DNA from: Octopus bimaculoides
Taxonomy: Eukaryota
Length of the DNA stretch: 36,437 nt
NCBI RefSeq assembly: GCF_001194135.2
Contig: NC_068986.1
Coordinates: 64,136,098 to 64,172,534, forward strand
Direction of reading: 5' to 3'
Both the position numbers and the translations under genes were made by a program. The notes beneath the pieces are model-generated. The model saw nothing but the letters and a program-made list of their open reading frames with translations. It was not told where the DNA came from and ran no database searches. Shown here one piece after another: positions 33,254 to 36,437 of this stretch. Within the stretch, counting starts at the first letter, position 1; each line of letters starts with the position of its first letter.

Positions 33254-35100
33254 ATGTCACCGAAAAAGAGAAGTTGCCTCAGTTGCCATACCGTGTCAGC
33301 ACTGGCGCTAAAGGTGATTAGAGCAAACGAGTCCTCCAACTAAACTGCTTTTACACTTTCACCGAGCGCCTGACGTGCAGTGCAATTTGTCCATTATCAT
33401 TTGCAAATGTGCTCTACGTTGCAGTGGAACAGTCGACAGTGAGAAGCTGCCCGCGGTGTGACGAGTACCAACAGCCATTACTGGCACCTATGGGCTTTCA
33501 AGTATGAGCCAAACTTTAATTACTCCATCTGCGCAGACATAAATATAGGGGAAATGTGCTTCAATTGCCAATTCTGCAATGCTAAAAAGTGGGCTGGGGA
33601 GAAACCTGGAATGTGCTGCTTAAATGGTAAGGTCAGCTTGCTCCCTCTTCCAGAACCGCCACAGCCTTTGAAGGAACTACTTACTGTTTCTACCACAAGG
33701 TCATCAAAATTCCTTCAAATCATCAGAAATTACAATTGTGTGTTTCAGATGACTTCTTTTGGGGCTAATGTTGTCACAGACAGTGGTTGGATGCCTACTT
33801 TCAAGGTCCAGGGACAGGTGTACCATCTTATTGGGTCGCTCCAGCCACTACAAAATTGCAAGCCTTCGTTCCTCCAAATTTACTTCATTTCCAACTACTG
33901 TAGGCAACTTGCTGTGCGGTACGGCATTATTGCACCACCTGCAAACACTGATGCTGATACTTTTGACAGGGACGTTCTACTCTGCAAAACATGCTTCATG
34001 AACACAACAGCTATATTTGCAGTTTCAAATACGCCTTGCAAACAGCCCCTTCACCAAACTTCACCATTGTCATCGATGCTGACAAAAGACCTTCTGGGGA
34101 GCACGCACGCCATTATAACACTCCTTCATGCAATGAAGTGGCTGTACTTCTCCATGGTGAACAGCACAATAAGCAAGACATACTTATTCATAGCTGTTAC
34201 AGTTGTCTTCAACTAGAGCTGATACAGTACGTGCATGTCTGACGTCATCCACATTGTGGCCCCTGGTGGAGACTCTCAAACTTAACACTAACATGTGTGC
34301 TCATATGCGAGGTGATATAGCTTCAGCAGAGTTTTCTAACACCCTCCTTGCACTTGGCGAAGGCAAAACTCCCTGCGACAAAAAGGGTAATGTTGCCATC
34401 AATTCACTTGGTACCATTGTTAATACGCCTTCTGATCTCACGGATGCAGTATTCCCAGATCTCCAAGCAAATTATCAGAATATGGATTGGATTGGCCAAA
34501 AGGCTATTCTGGCCCCGAAGAATAAATCTGTTAATCATATTAATGATCAAATGCTAATACTCATTCCTGGGGATTGCTATATATATAAGTCTATCAATAG
34601 AACTCTTAACCCCGAGGACGTCATCAACTATCCAATAGAGGTACTAAATTCCTTTCAGCCCCCTGGACTACCCCCACACATTCTGAAACTTAAACTTGGT
34701 GCCTCTATAATGCTCATTCAAAATTTGGTTCTGCCGAAACAATGCAATAGGACACGTTTGATTATTAAGTCCTTATCTTCTGATCTAATTGAGGCCACAA
34801 TAATCACAGGGTGCAGTTGAGGCAATGTTGCGCTCATACTGAGGATGCATCTTTTCCCATCAGGAACAGACTACCTTTCACATTTTGGAGGTCCCAGTTT
34901 CCAGTCAGGCCATGCTTCGCAATGTCAATTAACAAAGCACAGGGACAAATGCTGTCTGTCGCGGGAATACATTTGGGGGAGCCGTGTTTCTCTCATGGTC
35001 AGCTTTACGTTGGCTGCTCGCATGTGGGCAGCAAGAGTGATGCTTTCGCATTCATTCTACAAGGAAAAACAAAAGACATTGTGTATTAGGAGGTTTTATT
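33254..35100 (+). pseudogene. Helitron RepHel remnant: Rep N-terminal region joined to the PIF1-like helicase C-terminal half
   Basis: MSPKKRSCLS start. C..C.AKKW.GE..GMCCLNGKV, FL..IRNYN..FQMTSFGA, TFKVQGQVYH.IGSL, PSFLQIYF and ADKRP.GEH.R.YN.P...EVAV, then directly TRAD.V.ACL..S.LW, ILAPKN, GLPPH.L.LK.G..IML..NL, QFPV..CFAMSINKAQGQ, CFSHGQLYV and GKTKDIVY. Multiple stops and frameshifts. Confidence 0.92.
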
Positions 35101-36359
35101 GGATTACTTCGCTTCCTAATTTTAACTTTTTTTAATTAAAAAAAATTTTTGCCTTTCCGTCAGTAATTTCTAAGTAGGTGTAGGTTAATATTCATTGCAG
35201 TGCACTTGACACTCCCAACCATCAGCTGTAAAAAGGCTGATTCTCGTGGCGTTACAAAGCTTCATTACAAATCAGACCCTGCTCAAAAATCAGCTGTTCT
35301 TCCTCACCAGCCCCCATTCAGCGGGCATCGGAGGACCATGGACACGTTACTATTTCACTTCCATACGACTCTCAAACGGTCAACAATGCTTTTATGACAA
35401 CATTTACATTTTTAGGTGGTTCCCTGCAATTACTTCACACTTCACCAACACCTGGCCTCCATTCAGCTCTATTTCCCTCCCTTTGTCAGCACAGCAGCCT
35501 CTTCTTCTATATCCGACGTACATGAAACATCTCCCCCCTTCCATCTTCTCTCTCAACATTACAGTTTACATCAGCGGCAACAGGATCACGACATACAATT
35601 TCAAAACCAAGCAACATATCATTTTATACAACAACAAATGTAATCATAACGACGATCAATGAAACAAATGGATACAATTAATTACATGAAGTAACTATCT
35701 CTTACATGCCATTACAATTTACATCAAATAACAAGACTTCAAAAGTCGATAAAACTAAATACATACATCCTCTCTCTCACCATTATATTTTACACCATTA
35801 CATTTTACAACAAATACAAAATATTCAAAAGTAACAGGTCATTTTACACAACATCTCCATGACAGAGGTGTTGTGATTCATCTATTCAGCACCACTACAC
35901 TCTTGTCAGTCTGACATATGGTGAGTAGATGCTATTGTTGTATATTTTCAAACTTACCCATATTTACTTACCAATGATTAATCCCCCTCTTTCCTCCATA
36001 GGGCATCTGTTCTGTTTTCACAGAGCATGAAGTTTTGTAACAGCACATCCACTGCTGTTGGTGGAAAAGGAACACGCCGTATTCACCTGCGAATGTTTTG
36101 CACACTCTTACATGACTACCTACCAAATTGTTACAATTGTAAGAACAATAATACAGCCTTTTCAGGGCCACCTCACATTCTATTGTTACCCCTTCTTAGA
36201 GTGTTGCAATGCTCTTTGTAAGGCTTTCTATTCAGTTGCAAATCGATTGGTTGGGTGTTAACTTATATCAATCTTTGCCTCAATAATCATAATTGAGTAG
36301 AATCATTAACAGTACTTTAAAGCAATTAAACCCCGAGCAACACTGGGCACTTTTGCTAG
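33254..36359 (+). mobile_element. Helitron 3 (internally deleted; 5' terminus not located and lies upstream of 33254)
   Basis: RepHel remnant plus a 3' end ccccgagcaacactggg (imperfect hairpin) followed by cacttttgCTAG|T at 36356-36360, homologous to the Helitron 1 terminus. Confidence 0.8.
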
Positions 36360-36377
36360 TTCTAAATAAAAACTGAC

Positions 36378-36437
36378 TCTCCGGCAGACACTCTAGCCAA
36401 ATCGACTACATCCTCGCCAGAAATAGGGAAAGAGGGC
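36378..36437 (+). mobile_element. RTE endonuclease fragment running off the window end
   Basis: ctccggcagacactctagccaaatcgactacatcctcgccag matches 27318-27362. Confidence 0.8.

Overview
AT-rich, microsatellite- and transposon-dense animal genomic DNA with five scaffold gaps (671-940, 3664-4093, 25198-26092, 29147-29735, 30959-31950). The repeat families resemble those I recall from octopus genomes, so an octopod origin is inferred, not proven. The one clear host gene is GTF3C1, the B-box-binding large subunit of TFIIIC. It is a single uninterrupted 6,078-bp coding exon (16453-22530, +) with a splice acceptor 9 nt upstream of the ATG, which is unusual because the vertebrate gene has many introns. 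Upstream lie degraded RTE LINE fragments and 3' tails, a full-length dead mariner, an internally deleted DD37D element, a pogo relic, MITEs, tRNA-SINEs and a fold-back element. Downstream (24.8-36.4 kb) are three Helitrons and a near-complete RTE LINE. The LINE is interrupted at an exact A|T site by a minus-strand Helitron, which itself carries a MITE with a telomere-like core. Weak evidence suggests micro-exons of a second, antisense gene near 5.7-6.5 kb. All calls were made by eye without database searches, and TE boundaries are approximate unless termini are quoted.
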